This document shows, in pieces, positions 1-13,685 of a stretch of DNA of 64,000 bases. The stretch comes from the human T2T-CHM13v2.0 reference genome, Homo sapiens, in the NCBI RefSeq assembly GCF_009914755.1, contig NC_060945.1, one strand, 5' to 3'. The translations under genes and the position numbers were made by a program. Positions within the stretch are counted from its first letter, which is position 1, and each line of letters starts with the position of its first letter. Under the pieces are notes generated by a model, which made no database searches, was not told where the DNA came from, and saw only the letters and a list, made by a program, of their open reading frames with translations.

Positions 1-2678
1 CAGATCAATTTCAAGTGGAGGGCTAGCTTGTCATTTCTCATTCTGTGTATTGTCAGGTCCATGATGTCTAGCATACCCAGAGTAGCTCCTTGGGGATTGT
101 CTGCTGCTGAGAGTCACAAATAGAAGAAGGATGTTTCGAACAAGTCCATGAATAAGATGTATTCATGCTTTGAAGGTGCTTCTGGAGAGTACTAGAAAAA
201 AAAAACCAATCCAGATTCTTCACTCTTTCAAATTAATGCTAGAAGACCATCCCTGAAATAGCTCCTTGGTATGTCATCTGGCCCCTTCAAGATTGGTTTG
301 AGAATAATCTTGATCCGGACTACAAATTGAAAATATAAATTCATATTTTGGCTCTTGAACTTATACAATTACCAAGTGGCAGCTTACATAATTAAATGTT
401 ATCAGCAATGATTTTGGGAACGGGCTGATTTTTTTGCCCAACACAAGGCCTTGACTATTTTGGAATTGAATAAATATAATTTTTTGGAAAAAACTCCTAT
501 TGTTCCCAGGAGAGCAATGGATTTTTGGAATGGTGAAGAAGGGTGAGAGTTGTTACCAGGGGCCAGAAACTACATATCTGAGACTAAAAGTATATTCTCA
601 CCTGCTAGAATCAGGTCATAGGAAGGTAAATTAACATTTCAAAATTCAATGGTTTATTTCTAGGATTCCAGGGAATATTTTTGTCAACCACCCCTGAAGC
701 TTACTTTAGTATGGCAGATCTTCAGGTAGTGCTAAAATGTCCCTCTACGAGCAGTAGATAATCCCTATGAGGAATTTTCTCTTTTTTAATTTGGATAATG
801 TCACCTGGATCATGCTCTTATATAAGCACCAAATCAATGTTATATAAGTGGTAACAACCAAGAGTTTCAAGCTTCAATAAATATAAGGTTTATTAAATGC
901 AAACTAAGTGAAGTTCATTGCTTTTGCTACTTAATAATTGCTTAGCCTAAAATAGTCACCATTTTTTTTTCTGGTATAAAAGACCTTTCACATACTTGCT
1001 GAACACAATTAAAAATTAGCTTCATGAAAAACTCAAATTGAGATGGTTAATAAATCCATTATTGGGTACTGGGAGATTGCTTTTTCAGATGGAGTTAAGA
1101 GTTTTTCTCTATGATATATTGTTTTCAATAAAGAATCAGCTCCTACACTAACTATTCCAATATCCATTATGAATGAAAACATAATAAAACATATCTTGTC
1201 AGATTAAGAAGCTCCTGAATCAACCTTCGGAAGACAAAGTAGGGCTTCTGCATAAACTGGTTATATTACATAGGGTAATGCCAGCAGGCAATCTTAATTA
1301 TGCTTTCTTCTAGCACGTGATGATATATCCTGCAAAATATTGTGGGCAAACACTTGTGAGAGGAACCAACAGTGCAATTTTTAGGGTAGGTGCATTGCAT
1401 AGTGGTTCTTTGCTTTTCTGTTAGGCTTAAAAACACCTAGTTTTGTCATTTTCTTCAATTTAATCCAACTCATATTAGATTTTGTAATTTTATCAAGACT
1501 AAATTCCTATCTAATCAGTAAAACATAGAAAGTAAAAAAAAAAAAAAAACGTATCCTGTAGTTTGGTCTTGTGCAAATAAACCACCTTCTTTTTGTGGGC
1601 ACAATGGAAGTTGAAAATCTTTATGTATTTTCTTGTACTGTCACACCATGTGAGTCAGGCAGATCAAATCCACCTTCTAGTCTCAGTTTTCCCATGTGTA
1701 AAATGGAAAAAATGCAGTTAATACTACTTTTAGAAGGATGCTGCAAAAAAAAGCAATAAAATTCTGTAATGTAATATAAAATATTACAGCCATGTTTTAA
1801 GTACAAAAAGATTCTTGAAAGTTTTCATTGTAAGTCTAGATTATGTGAGTAGAAAATTAAATTCACTAAGTGAACTGGTTATTTGAAATTTCATTGATTA
1901 GTCTTCCTATAAAAAAGACTTTCATATCTCATGCTTGCTTAAAACATAGCAGAGACCATCAGAAAATGAAGCCATTGTATTTAGAATAGAATTAATGTGA
2001 GGATACAGTTTCCACATTTTTCCCTTCAAGTTGTTCTGCATCTTGAATGAACACAGTTCTCCAATTAAACATGAGGCTGGAGATTGAGAAGAGACTTTCC
2101 CCTTAAGTTAGTAAGTTTCCAGTTCTTAGTCAAGTCCAAGCTCTGCACTTGGAGTTAATCATTTTGATTGGTGACCTAGTCTTGGCAGAGGTGTGTTTTG
2201 TCTTTTACCACAGATAGCTCAACTATCCTGACTCACAGAGAGCTTACTAGAATACATCATGTTATACCCTGTAGAATTCTAGAATACTGTAGTATTCATA
2301 ATCCTGGTGCGCTTTTATCACCATGTTTTCAGGAAAAATTTTAGACTGTGATTAAATGAACATGCTAACCCAAAACAAAAGCAAAACAAAACCCCCACTG
2401 TGGCATATACATGTGAGTGAGGGGAATGGGAATCGACCCTTGTTTATTATTGACTGTTGTACCTAAAACTATACGCTAATTCCTATGAGTGAACAGAATA
2501 TGGCATTGGTATCTCATGTAGTTACAAAGAGTTGATTTGATTCAAACTTGTTGATAGGCAGAATTATTGTTGTGGATTTGGTAATTAGACATAAATGGGA
2601 AGTCCTAAAGACCATGTTTACTTAAATCACAATGTGTATGCTCACTCTATGGTGAATGCAGAAGAGGACATTAGCAGG

Positions 2679-3220
2679 TGTGGGGGGCCGAATTTAAAAT
2701 GGTCCTGATGACCTTTGCTGCTGGCCTCACTCCCATGATTGTGGTACTTTGTGTGGAAAAATGGAGATTATCAGGGTTGGCCTAATCTAATCATGGGTCA
2801 TTGAAAACCAGAGATTTCTCTGGCCAGTTGCAAAAGGAAATATAAGAGGGATGTGAAGTGTAAGAAGGATTCAATATACTGTCTTTGAAGATGGAGGGGG
2901 CCAGGTGCAGAGACCAGAGAGCAACCTCTAAGAGCTGAGAGTGATCTCTGACAGCCAGCAAGGAAATGAGACCTCCACCCTGTGGCTGCCATAGAACTGG
3001 ATTCCTTCAACCACCGGAACAGGTGGATACTCCTTCAGAGCCTCCAAATAAGAGTCAAGCATGGTCAACATCTTGATTTCAGCCTTGTGATATCTGAAGC
3101 AGAGAACCTAACTGAGCCCACCTGGACTTCTGATCTATTGTTCTGTGAGCTAATAAGTGGATTATAGTGGTAAGCTGTTAAATTTGTGATAATTTGTTAC
3201 ACAACATAAAAACTAATACA
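2679..3220 (+). mobile_element. MaLR solo LTR (MLT1E/MLT1D-like)
   Basis: TG start, ggagattatc...ggcctaatctaatca, gacagccagcaaggaaa and terminal aatttgttacacaacataaaaactaataca. Confidence 0.8.
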
Positions 3221-4470
3221 ATGGGAGTAGATCCAATTCTTTAAATGGGCAATACTGTGTTGAACAAACGACTTGACAGAAAACTAGGACTTTAAGAAAA
3301 TTTTAGAAAGTCATCATATTTCAGCTTTATGTCTCCTAGAAAAAAAATCAATTATTGGAATTTCCAGTCTGGACTGAATAGAGGCTTCTGAAAGTTTTGT
3401 GTCATTGCTTCAATAACAGCTCAGCAGGACTGACTTTGATTCCTGTTCATGGAATATACACGTGGAAGAATGAAAAATCTAGCAAGTTTTGGTGGCCCAG
3501 TTCTTCAAATTTTCCTATTCAGTCATCTTTAGAGACTGACATATGCTCTTCAGCTACCTCTTTGCTTGTAGGGGATTGTAACAACTGCTCTTATAAATTT
3601 CCTGTCTGTAAGTTGCTGAAATTCCACAAAAGGGAAAAAGAGATAAGCTCAAAATAAAAAATAATTCCAGGCAATACAAATCTTGCCAATAGCTGACTAA
3701 TTGTGAGTTTTGTAGCCAAAATTCAGTATGGCACTAGAAGCAGATGGGGCTATTTTAAAAAGAGGCCTACCAAAATCAAGGAATTCTTCCTCTGAAGTGA
3801 CCACAGAAATCTTCCTGGAATGTTCTTCTAGACCAAGCCTTCTGTGTAACATTTCACAGAAGAGCAAAATGCCTTTGTCTGTTAGTTTCGTAGTCTGATG
3901 TATGGCACACACTTTTCCACCACTTTTGAGCTATAATCAGTTTGAGGGCACCAGAAATAGCTTCTAACCAACAGTCTTATATTCCAACATTTTTGTCATA
4001 TACTGTCTAAAATGTAACCAGATAACATGATGATTGCTTTCTGAAATACTAATACTATTTCCTATATAAAAGGCATCTTTTATGGGCAGATAATCTATGA
4101 CAAGCTTACATTTTTTAGGTAATTTCTCAAAATGACAACCCTGCTATATCTGTTTTCTAAAAATCAAATTGTATGACTGGAATCAGCTTCAATATTTAGT
4201 TCTTATCATTAAGATGTTATAACATCAATGAAAGATAATTGCATTTCTTTTTAATTTTTACTTTAATTTTCAAATAGGCAATATATTCACATGGTTTAAA
4301 ATTTAAAAGTCATAAAAGAGTATTCATGGAAAATTCTCTCTTCAACCTTATCTTCCAGCCACCGAGGCTCATTTTCTGGAAAGCACAGTGCCACTTATTC
4401 CTTAGGTGTCCTTCCAGCCTTAGTCTATGCTACTTATACAGAAATCTACATGTCCATATAGATAGATATA

Positions 4471-4756
4471 CTCTGGCTGATGGCAGAAGGAAATGTAAGA
4501 GGGATGTGAAGTGTAAGAAAGATTCAATGTGCTGTCTTTGAAGACGGAGGGGGCCACATGCAGGGACCAGAGAGCAACTCCTAATTGCTGAGAGTGATCA
4601 CTGGCTGACAGCCAGCAAGGAAATGAGACTTCCACATTGTGGCCGCCATAGAACTGGATTCCTTCAACCACTGGAGCAAACAGATTCTCCTTCAAAGCCT
4701 CCAAATAAGAGTCAAGCACGGTCAGCATCTTGATTTCAACCTTGTGTGACCTGAAG
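4471..4756 (+). repeat. Local partial duplicate of the MLT1 LTR interior (copy of 2818-3099)
   Basis: Collinear alignment over ~285 bp, about 85% identical by eye; no LTR termini. Confidence 0.85.
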
Positions 4757-6663
4757 GGGCCCCACTGATAAGCTTTGTGGAATGTGTCTTAGAGTTGCCT
4801 GTTTTGCCATGTGGTGTTAACTCCCTCATGCCTCCAGTGCTGCACACGTATCAGAATGGCTGGGCAGTTTCCACAGGTCTACCAGGCAGTAGCAGCGGGG
4901 AAGCCCTAGAGCAGGATTGATAGCTGAGTGGTGCATCTGAGGAAAGGTGCTGTGAGGCTACACCTGTGATAATAAGGTAGTTGTTGAGTGACAGTTGCAT
5001 TAAAAGACTTTTAGCCAAAAGAACACGAGAAAAGGCACAAGAGACATTCAACACATGGACCATTTTGGTATGAGTATGCATAGCACCATGAGCGTTAAAG
5101 AGGGGGTAGGAAACTGTTACTGATGCTGAAATTCTAGCACAGATTCAAATTTTCATACATTTCTGATTCTAGAAAGCGACTCATTTTGAAAATATTTACT
5201 CCATGGACTGACATTTCTTAGTAGTTGCTAGTAGGATTTTTTTTTATTGTCGTAAAATATGCATAACAAAAAATGTACCATTTTAATCGTTTTTAAGTAT
5301 GTGAATTCAGTAGTATTAAGTCTATTCACATTGTTGTGCAAATTAACGGGCTTTGGTTGGAGAAAATTGTGGTAGAAATTTTCAAATTTTGGTCATGTTG
5401 AAAGTTGCTGGTTTATACTTTTTTTTTTACTTATGTCCTGATATATCAAAAAATGTATGACTGATTTCTTTTTGTAAACTTGCCTTCTGCTGATGCCTTG
5501 TCATGAAAACTAGTGATGATTATTACATCTGGAATTCTACACCTGTGGAAATGGCTAAAAAATTCTAGGAGCAAACATAATTTAAAATGGCCATTTTTTT
5601 AACTCATTATTTTGAGACGTGCCAATTTGTGAAGTATCTGGACATGCATTGTTGGTATTGTGAATAACTTGGACAAAACCAAATTGTGCAAAAGTCTTTC
5701 TCCTAAGCACGAAGAATGTTGGGTTGATCCACAACGGAGTTAGCCTTGGATAAGCTCGTCACAAAGTACTGTCCAACTTCAGATTGTACCACTGACAAAT
5801 TGATGACAATTAATAAGAATAGGATGGGTCTTTTGACATAATCCTTAGAAAAAAATATATCTTTGGACCTTTTACTCAGGTGTCTGCTCATGCAGACACC
5901 GTTTTTCTTTTTAAAATTCACTATTCCTTAAAATACACCCTGAAAAAATACCTAGTTTCCAATAGCTATTTCTAATGAATACTAAATACTAGAATACTGA
6001 ATTCTAGGACATTAAAACATTTCCTCTCAAGAAGCATTTGAGCCTTCCTCTTTTTAGTATAGATGGAAGCTTCTCTCTAATGGTGCCACATTGCACATTT
6101 GCAAACCTATGTTTCAGCAATGTCACATCTGTGATTGTTGGTACACACACCACACACACACACACATTCAAATCGCTGAAGTGGATTCAAAGAACCAATG
6201 GCCTTTAGGTCAAGGTTTCTAAAGCATCTTGTCCCAGGAATTTTAAGCATCTTGTCTCAGGAATTTTACATGTGAAAAAATTTACTCATCTCACACGTTC
6301 ATGTTAGCAGTCTAATCTTCTAAGACCTCTGCAGGAAATAACTTACTACTATGTTTTGTGAACGTGAAGACTTTCTGAAAGAATCCATGCATGGCATTTT
6401 TGACTTTGCAAATAGAACATAATTCTTCAATGGCATGTCTGAACTAATCTGAGGATGTTAGCCTGAGGTTTCCTGTGTTTTATCAAGAGCAAAAAGAATA
6501 TAGTTCACATTATGACAAGCATAGATATTAGCAGTGTCCAAGTTATTTTTGTGTTGTGTCCTCTTGGATTAGAATATTTATTCTGGTCATTGAAATATCA
6601 ATAAATTCAGTCAAGAAAAATAATTAGAAGAATTTATTGTAACTGTATATATAATGCTTAAGG

Positions 6664-6864
6664 CAGTGTTTGTCAGCTTGACCCTATTGACATTTTGGGC
6701 CAGATTATTTTTTATTGTGGGAGCTGTCGGATCTTTAGCAGGATTCTCATGTCTACCGGCTAGACGCTGATATTTTCTCCCCAAGTTGAGACAACCAGAA
6801 ATGCCCCCTGGACATCGCCAAACATCCTTTGGAAAGCAAAACACACACATTTTAGAATCACTAG
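6664..6864. mobile_element. MER20 hAT-Charlie MITE
   Basis: ctattgacattttgggccagat...ccccaagttgagacaaccagaaatg...gacatcgccaaa. Confidence 0.8.
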
Positions 6865-9372
6865 CTTAAAGGAATATACACTGAGAAACATTGACTTAAG
6901 GCATGCTTTCTAGTCTCAGTATCAGCTGCAAAAATCGATGACGTACCCTGGGAATGAGGGGCTGTACCCCTGTTGAAATATGAGAATAATTTCTTACCAT
7001 TTACCAGTTAGGTGCTATACTCAGTCCTCCAGATTCTTCTCCTACTCTACCCTGGCTCCTCCCCAGGGACCATTTTCCACCTCCCAACTATGCAGAAACT
7101 CCAGGACTAAGTCTGACGTGGCAAGGGGCCTCCAGAGTCTGTTAAACTTTCTATTACATTTTATCGTCTTACTCTGTATTAATTTTATTATTTATATTAA
7201 CTCATTTTACTATCACCTTTTCAGACAAGCTAGAAGAACCTGTATTTATTGTGCCTCTCTATTCACAGTGGAGTCCTTGAGCAGAAAGTCAGATTACTCC
7301 CTTTTAGTTTGTTGTCTTTAATAGACAAATGAGAGTTGTTTCCCTGTTCCACACATCATCCCTCTTCTAAAATGACTGAGCATTCCTTACCACTGAACAC
7401 ATGTTGAAACATATCTGGCTTGCGTTTCCTTTTTAGAAGGGCTTGTTGTGAGAATCAATGGAAAAGTACCCAGAGAGAAATTGCTACACAAACTTACAAT
7501 GTAAAAATAGCTCCAGCGGAGAGGATAACAAAAGCTTTGTCAAATTGCACATAATAGAGTCAATGATAGGCAGACGGTGCTTGGAACTGGTCCTCCTGAT
7601 ACTTCAGTCGTTCATTGGCAGGCTGCTCATGCTCCTTCACAGATTTAGAGATACTGAGGAATTTACTGCACAGTACCGTAGATCACAGCCTAAATCCTTA
7701 TTTGTGGGGTTATGAGCATTTAAATATTTTCTTGTGGGTTCCGTGGATTTCACAGAATTCTGTTTTGTTTCAATCTGAAAAAAATCCTCCTCTGCTTATG
7801 CCTGTCATTAAGAATTACCAATTTTCTGAAACTCCCCCAATCAAGATTTCCCCTTAAAATACGTGAAAATAAATATTTTATATTAATTTACCTAGAGTAA
7901 ATTAATGTCTTTTAAATAACTATTGATTTCTGATTATAAAATTTAATGGACTGTTTATTCAGAAAGCAATAAAAATTTCAAAACACACATAATAGTACCC
8001 TTTCATCCAACAACCCAGAGATAAAAGTATTCTGGATTTTATATATAGATGGAATTGCTGTTAAACGCAAAATGGGAGCACGCTATAAATCCTCTTTTTT
8101 TCTACTTAATATAAGTGGACATAAAGTAGTTTTGCGTGATTCACTTGTGGCAGCCGTATCGTATTTCACTGAATGCATGATCATTATGAGTTGATCCTTA
8201 TGGATGCATGATTATGTTGATTTTGTCTTATGTCATATTTGACATAGCCGTTATGATTCTCATGCACACATCTTTGCATATTTGTACCATTATTTCTTGT
8301 AGACAATTTTCTCAAAGTGGGAGCATGGAATTAAAAGATTATGCACATCTTGCAATTTGGTGTATGTTACCAAGCTGCTCTCCAGGAAGAGCCGCCCAAT
8401 TTACATTCTACTATGGCCTGAGTGCACCTGATCCTCATGTCTTCACTAGACACCTATATTTTAAAATAGATTTTCAATATATTAAGAAGGCTGTCAAAAG
8501 TTTTGAGGTCTTGAATTGATTTAGTTTGATTGTAGAAATTTGTGATTGTGTTTTCTGAAGCAATGATCATAAAATTAAATGTTTTTCCAGTAGAAATTGG
8601 TTTAACCCATTATAGAAAGTTGTCAGAGAGTCTGGATAAAGATGAGAGAGTGAATTATTTGTCTAGTTATTGACAAATAAGACGGTATCAATATGTCTTA
8701 TGAGAATAGCATCAGCACTTTAACTGAACTGACTTTGGTATAAGTTTCTCCCATAGAAATTTGAATAAAGAGTGGGGATGGCGTTTAATGTATTGCATTA
8801 TTTTTTATCACATTCAGCAACAAAGAAGAACCTTAGCCTGGCTTTGCCATGTTTCTTCTGATGGAGTTATTTTTGAATCCTTTTTCTCCATGTACTTTTT
8901 AGATGCCAGAGCCCAAGTGAAGCACAGTTTGGTCCTGAGTTTGATGTGAGATGGCATCCAAAAACTAGGCTGATAGCTTTCATTTAAGATATAGTGACTC
9001 CAGCCGGCATCTGGCCTTCTCCTCTGGTGGAGTGAGATCCAGCCTAGGCTAAATGACACACTAGACTTTTAACGTTTTTCTGTCCAAGGAAGCTTTTTCT
9101 GAGTAAATTGTAGCAAAAGACATATCAACACCTATAACTATTTCCTTTGGAAGCATCTACCCCTTGTGATTCTCTCTCCTTCTACTCCCTTCCATGACTC
9201 TCCTGAGTTCAAAGAATAAGGCCAATTTGCTTTTAGAGCTAGCCTTATGAGTGAACTGCCTGTAACATTTTGGGAGGAGGTGGTAAAGGAGTAAGAAACC
9301 AACATGTCCTGCATACTTACTATCTAGCACTACACAGAACTTTTCCTTTCATCATCATAACAAGAGTATGAG

Positions 9373-9412
9373 TGTATTAGTCAGAGTTCTTCAGAAAATA
9401 TATCCAATAGGG

Positions 9413-9458
<46 letters not shown>

Positions 9459-9820
9459 TGTTTGTGTGTATAGAGAGAGAGACTCATTTTTAAAGAATTA
9501 GCTTATGTGAACTTGTGGGTTGGCAAGTCCCTATTCTGTAAGGCAGGCCAGTAGTCTGAAAACTCAGGCAGAGTTTCTATGTTGGAGTCTTGAAGCAGAA
9601 TTGCTTCTTCCTCAGGAATCCTCATTCTTTCTTCTTTAGACCTTCAACTGATTGGATGAGGCCCACCAACACTATGGAACATAATCTTTATTTAAAGTCA
9701 ACTGATTGTAAATGTTAATCACATCCACAAGTACCTTCACAGCAACATCAAGGCTAGTGTTTGACCAAACAGCTGGGCACCATAGTCTTGCCGAGTTGAC
9801 ACGTGGAGTCAGCCATCACA
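9373..9820 (-). mobile_element. MLT2B-like ERVL LTR with internal (TG)n microsatellite, inside a MIR
   Basis: tgtattagtcagagttc...(TG)n...ccttcaactgattggatgaggcccacc...gttgacac...ccatcaca. Confidence 0.8.
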
Positions 9821-9992
9821 GATAGCTCTTGAAAGCACAATCAAAGCACCAGATCATACTAAGTGGCTTACAATTTGCAAGTGAGGAAATTGGGCTCAAA
9901 GAAATTATGTAACTTCAACAAGGTCTTGTAAGTGGTTGAGCTGAGATTCAAATCCAATTCTGACTAACTTCAAAGTCCACATGTGGCCACTG

Positions 9993-9994
<2 letters not shown>

Positions 9995-10029
<35 letters not shown>
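9995..10029. repeat. (CA)n microsatellite
   Basis: Pure CA run of about 16 units. Confidence 0.95.
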
Positions 10030-10032
<3 letters not shown>

Positions 10033-11197
10033 CATCTCATATCCTTTCTAGACAAATCCCTGGAAAAATTTATGTCGTAGAAGAGGAAAACTAACCAAGA
10101 CCATCTTTCATTATCATTGGTATTGAAAGCGGTTATGCACCACAGGGTTGGGGGAAATTAAGTCAGAAAAAAGGCAGCTGTCACAGATAAACCAAAACCT
10201 CAAAATTTTGTTTGAGCTATATCTTTTAAAAAAAATTCCACTGTTTTTAGACAAATAAAAATTGTTTAGGGATCGGTAGTTGAGACTGAATCACATGGAG
10301 AGAGCTTAAGAGAAAAATTATTAACCATATCAGTTTGTTTAGCTACTCCAAATGTATACTTGGAAGCAGTAGTCCACATCCTTCTCAAGCATGTTAGAGC
10401 TTTATAAGCTCCATTTTCCTTCCCTTCTCCTTTTTTAGGGAAATTAGAATGTTTTGTTTTTCATTGGCTGTATCTTAGGAAATAGGATGGTTTAGTAATT
10501 TCAATATTGGGTTCAATTAATTTTCATTCTGTATGTATTGAAGATCTTGTGTATTTTTTTATGTCACTCCGCAATATAAAATGGGAAATTTTAGGCAGGA
10601 TCAAAATAGCATTACTTCCTTAGAATATAATCCTTGAACCCCTAACTCATTCTATTTTGGCTCAGAGTTAGAAAGCAACATTGTTATTTCAGAAAAAGAA
10701 GCTTGATTATAAAGATAGCAGTTTTCTGAAAAATGTCCATGTTTATCTTGTTTTACTTTGACTCGTCTTACAGGAGTAGCTTTTAGAGAAAGCTAAAAAA
10801 TGTCATGAACTATTGACTCAAGGAAAACACTAATCTTATAATGAAAGTATTGCTATTTTTAGATTTGAGGCTCTCATTGATTGTTATATGAGGGTAAGAG
10901 ATTAAAATCTAGTAACTGACATGGACATTTGATTGATTTGTAAGTTTAATTTTGTAATTGACTAATTTGGGAATGAGCAATGATTTTACATTCTTAAATA
11001 TAAAATGGATTCTCTATATTTTGATACCATATCCACATCCATCTCCTATTATGAATGCTTAAATAAGTATCAGACACAGAGCTAATTACTGGTCATGGGA
11101 AATGTAGAGATAATTGAATATTCATGGTGATAGACTAAACATTTCTAACTTTAGACGCATACAGACTCCTTAAATTCATTTCAAAGGGGAAGAACCA

Positions 11198-11734
11198 CAT
11201 GCAGGACAGTTGTCCAGGTGGCCTTGGACTGACCCAGTTCTCCCCACCTTCTCACTGGTAGTTCCTTTTTTTCTATTAAAATTTTTTTTTGACACTCAAA
11301 CAGACTTGCATTAAAGTTGTTCTTAATAATAACTGTAAAATGTGCTGGGACTGTAAAATCCTGAGATAGGGAGGGACTGGCTGAAATGGCCTTGGTTCTA
11401 TTCCAGTCCTCCACTAGAAGCAGCATGTCTTCCAAAGCTTAAGCCCAGTAATTCACCTGACCCTCGGGTATAAACTCAGGGCAGCCTGCTGTTCAGGGTC
11501 CCTCAGCTGCCGTGCAAGTGGAGAGTCACACGACACGGTCAAGACTCAATTTGTCCCAAGCAGCTTTCCTGAGACTCGGGGAACTGGCTTATAATGAATC
11601 CTAGGCTTTTGCTCTCCTTTGCTGCCTGTCTGTAAGTAATAAATCTGCTTCATGTGACTTGTTCTGTATGAGTGTGTTCCATCTCACTGGACTCAGAGAA
11701 AATGGTAAGCTGTGTACAGTGAGCCTGCTTCACA
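11198..11734 (+). mobile_element. ERVL-class solo LTR (LTR47-like)
   Basis: TATAAA at 11469-11474, AATAAA at 11638-11643, ends ...gagcctgcttcaca; U3-R-U5 layout. Confidence 0.6.
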
Positions 11735-12819
11735 AAGAAAAATAATATTTACCATTTTTCCTTTAGCTTTGCTCAAAGTTACTTTCAAAAGATATTAAAT
11801 ATCCCAGAAATTGCAATAGCGTTAGGAGGTGGAAGGCCTCATGTGCTATGGGACAGTTCTGGAAGAAAACTAACAAAATATTCCATAAGAACAGTCGTAA
11901 AAACCACGGCCTTCTCAGCCCTCACTTTTATGTTATCTGACGCAACCCTTCTTGTCCCTATCCACTCTCTATAAAATGAATGAAATCAGCAGTGAATCTT
12001 TGTGTAGTATCATATGGGAGCATCCAGAAGCGTAGACAGTACCATACAAATAACCCAATTCTCCAGTCCAGGAAATGGCAAACAGGCTAGTAGAAAATTC
12101 CAAAGGGAAGACCCAAGGACTTTTTAAAATGAAAATAAATTTTTGAGACTTAATCTTGTGCTGGGAAGTTTTATTTCTGGGTGTAATTTTGGTGAATAGG
12201 CTAAGAAGGGCTGGTTAGAGTTTTGCCAGCATTCTCCAAGCACAAGGAGACATTTTGAGGTAAAAAAATATCTCCAGGGAACCATAATACCCTATTTTGA
12301 ATTACTCCCAATTTTATTCCAGTACCACCTCTCTGGCAGCCATCCTCAGCTGCTACTCAACAACCCAGCTACACCTCTAACTCCTTCAAGATCCATGGCA
12401 GTGACCCGATTTCCAAGATTTTCTTTTGTGTTTATCATCTACACATATCTATTAGAGATGTGCTAGAGGAAGCACTCTGCTGGGATGTTAATGTATATTG
12501 TGATGGGACGGATAACCATGACCTAATGTGAAATGGTATCAGGCTGTGTATTTGCAAATTTGCCTTAATCCTATATCTTTGTTTCACACCTCTCTCTCTC
12601 ATGTGCCACCATCAAGCATCCGTAACAGGAGCATAAAAATGCAGTTATAGAAATCAGAGCATTTTGGAATCTTAAGAGCAATATATTAATACAAGTATTA
12701 TATATTGCAGCAAAGGAATTTATCTTACACAATTTTGTCATTTGAAACAAACACACATTATAGTAACTCTCTGCATATATATATGTACACACACATATAT
12801 AATATAATATATATATAAT

Positions 12820-13083
12820 ATGTTTAAGGTTGGCTAGGCTAAGCTATGAGATTTGGTAGGTTAGGTGTATTAAATGCATTTTCTTGTTTTTAACTTTTAT
12901 TTTACTTTAAGTTCTGGGATGCACATGCAGGTTTGTTACACAGGTATACGTGTGCCATGGTGGTCTGCTGCACCCATCAACCTGTCATCTAGGTTTTAAG
13001 CTCTGCATTTCAACTTAACAATATTTTCAACTTACAGTGGGTTTATCTGGATGTAGATAGTATCATAAGTTGATGAGCATCTA
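12820..13083. mobile_element. Tigger4a (Zombi) fragment interrupted by a ~120-bp L1PA 3' end
   Basis: ggctaagctatg...gtaggttaggtgtattaaatgcattt [L1PA ~12885-13005, minus] caacttaacaatattttcaacttacagtgggtttatc; TGCATTT on both sides of the L1. Confidence 0.75.
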
Positions 13084-13129
13084 TAAGTATGTACTATATA
13101 TGTATATGTATATATCACTCTTTGCCTCA

Positions 13130-13685
13130 GTATCTTCCACTGACTTCCCAATTCATTCAGAATAAAATCCAAAATCCTTACCGTGGCTTACACGGCTTTA
13201 CATGACCTGTGTTCTGATACTTACGTGACCTTATCTTCATCTTCTCTCCCTTTCACTCATGATGCTTCAGCCACATTGGCCTCCTTGCTCTTCCTCAAAT
13301 AGGCTGAGTATTCCCCTACCTCAGAGGATTAGCTTTTGCTGTTTCCTCTTCCTGGTATACCTTTGCCCTAGATACTGGCAAGTCTCATTCCCTTACTTCT
13401 TTCAGTTCTCTGCTTAAATAGTACTATATCAAGAGTTCCTTGATCATCTTACCAAAAACCCAGCCTTTTTGTTTCCCAATCCTGTTACTCTCTTTCCTTT
13501 GAGCTTGCTTTTTTCTCCCAGAGCTTTTTCACAATTGATGCACTATTTATTTGTTTATGTTTTCTTCTTCTCCATTAGAACGAAACTCCAGGGAGTTTTC
13601 TTGTTCCCTGAAGAATCTCCAGCTTCTAGGACCACGGCTGACACATAGTAACGTGCTCAGTCAGTATTTGTTGAATGAATGAAGG
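13130..13685 (+). mobile_element. L2a 3' end
   Basis: cagaataaaatccaaaatcctt...cagccacattggcctccttgct...gtgctcagtcagtatttgttgaatgaatgaa. Confidence 0.75.
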
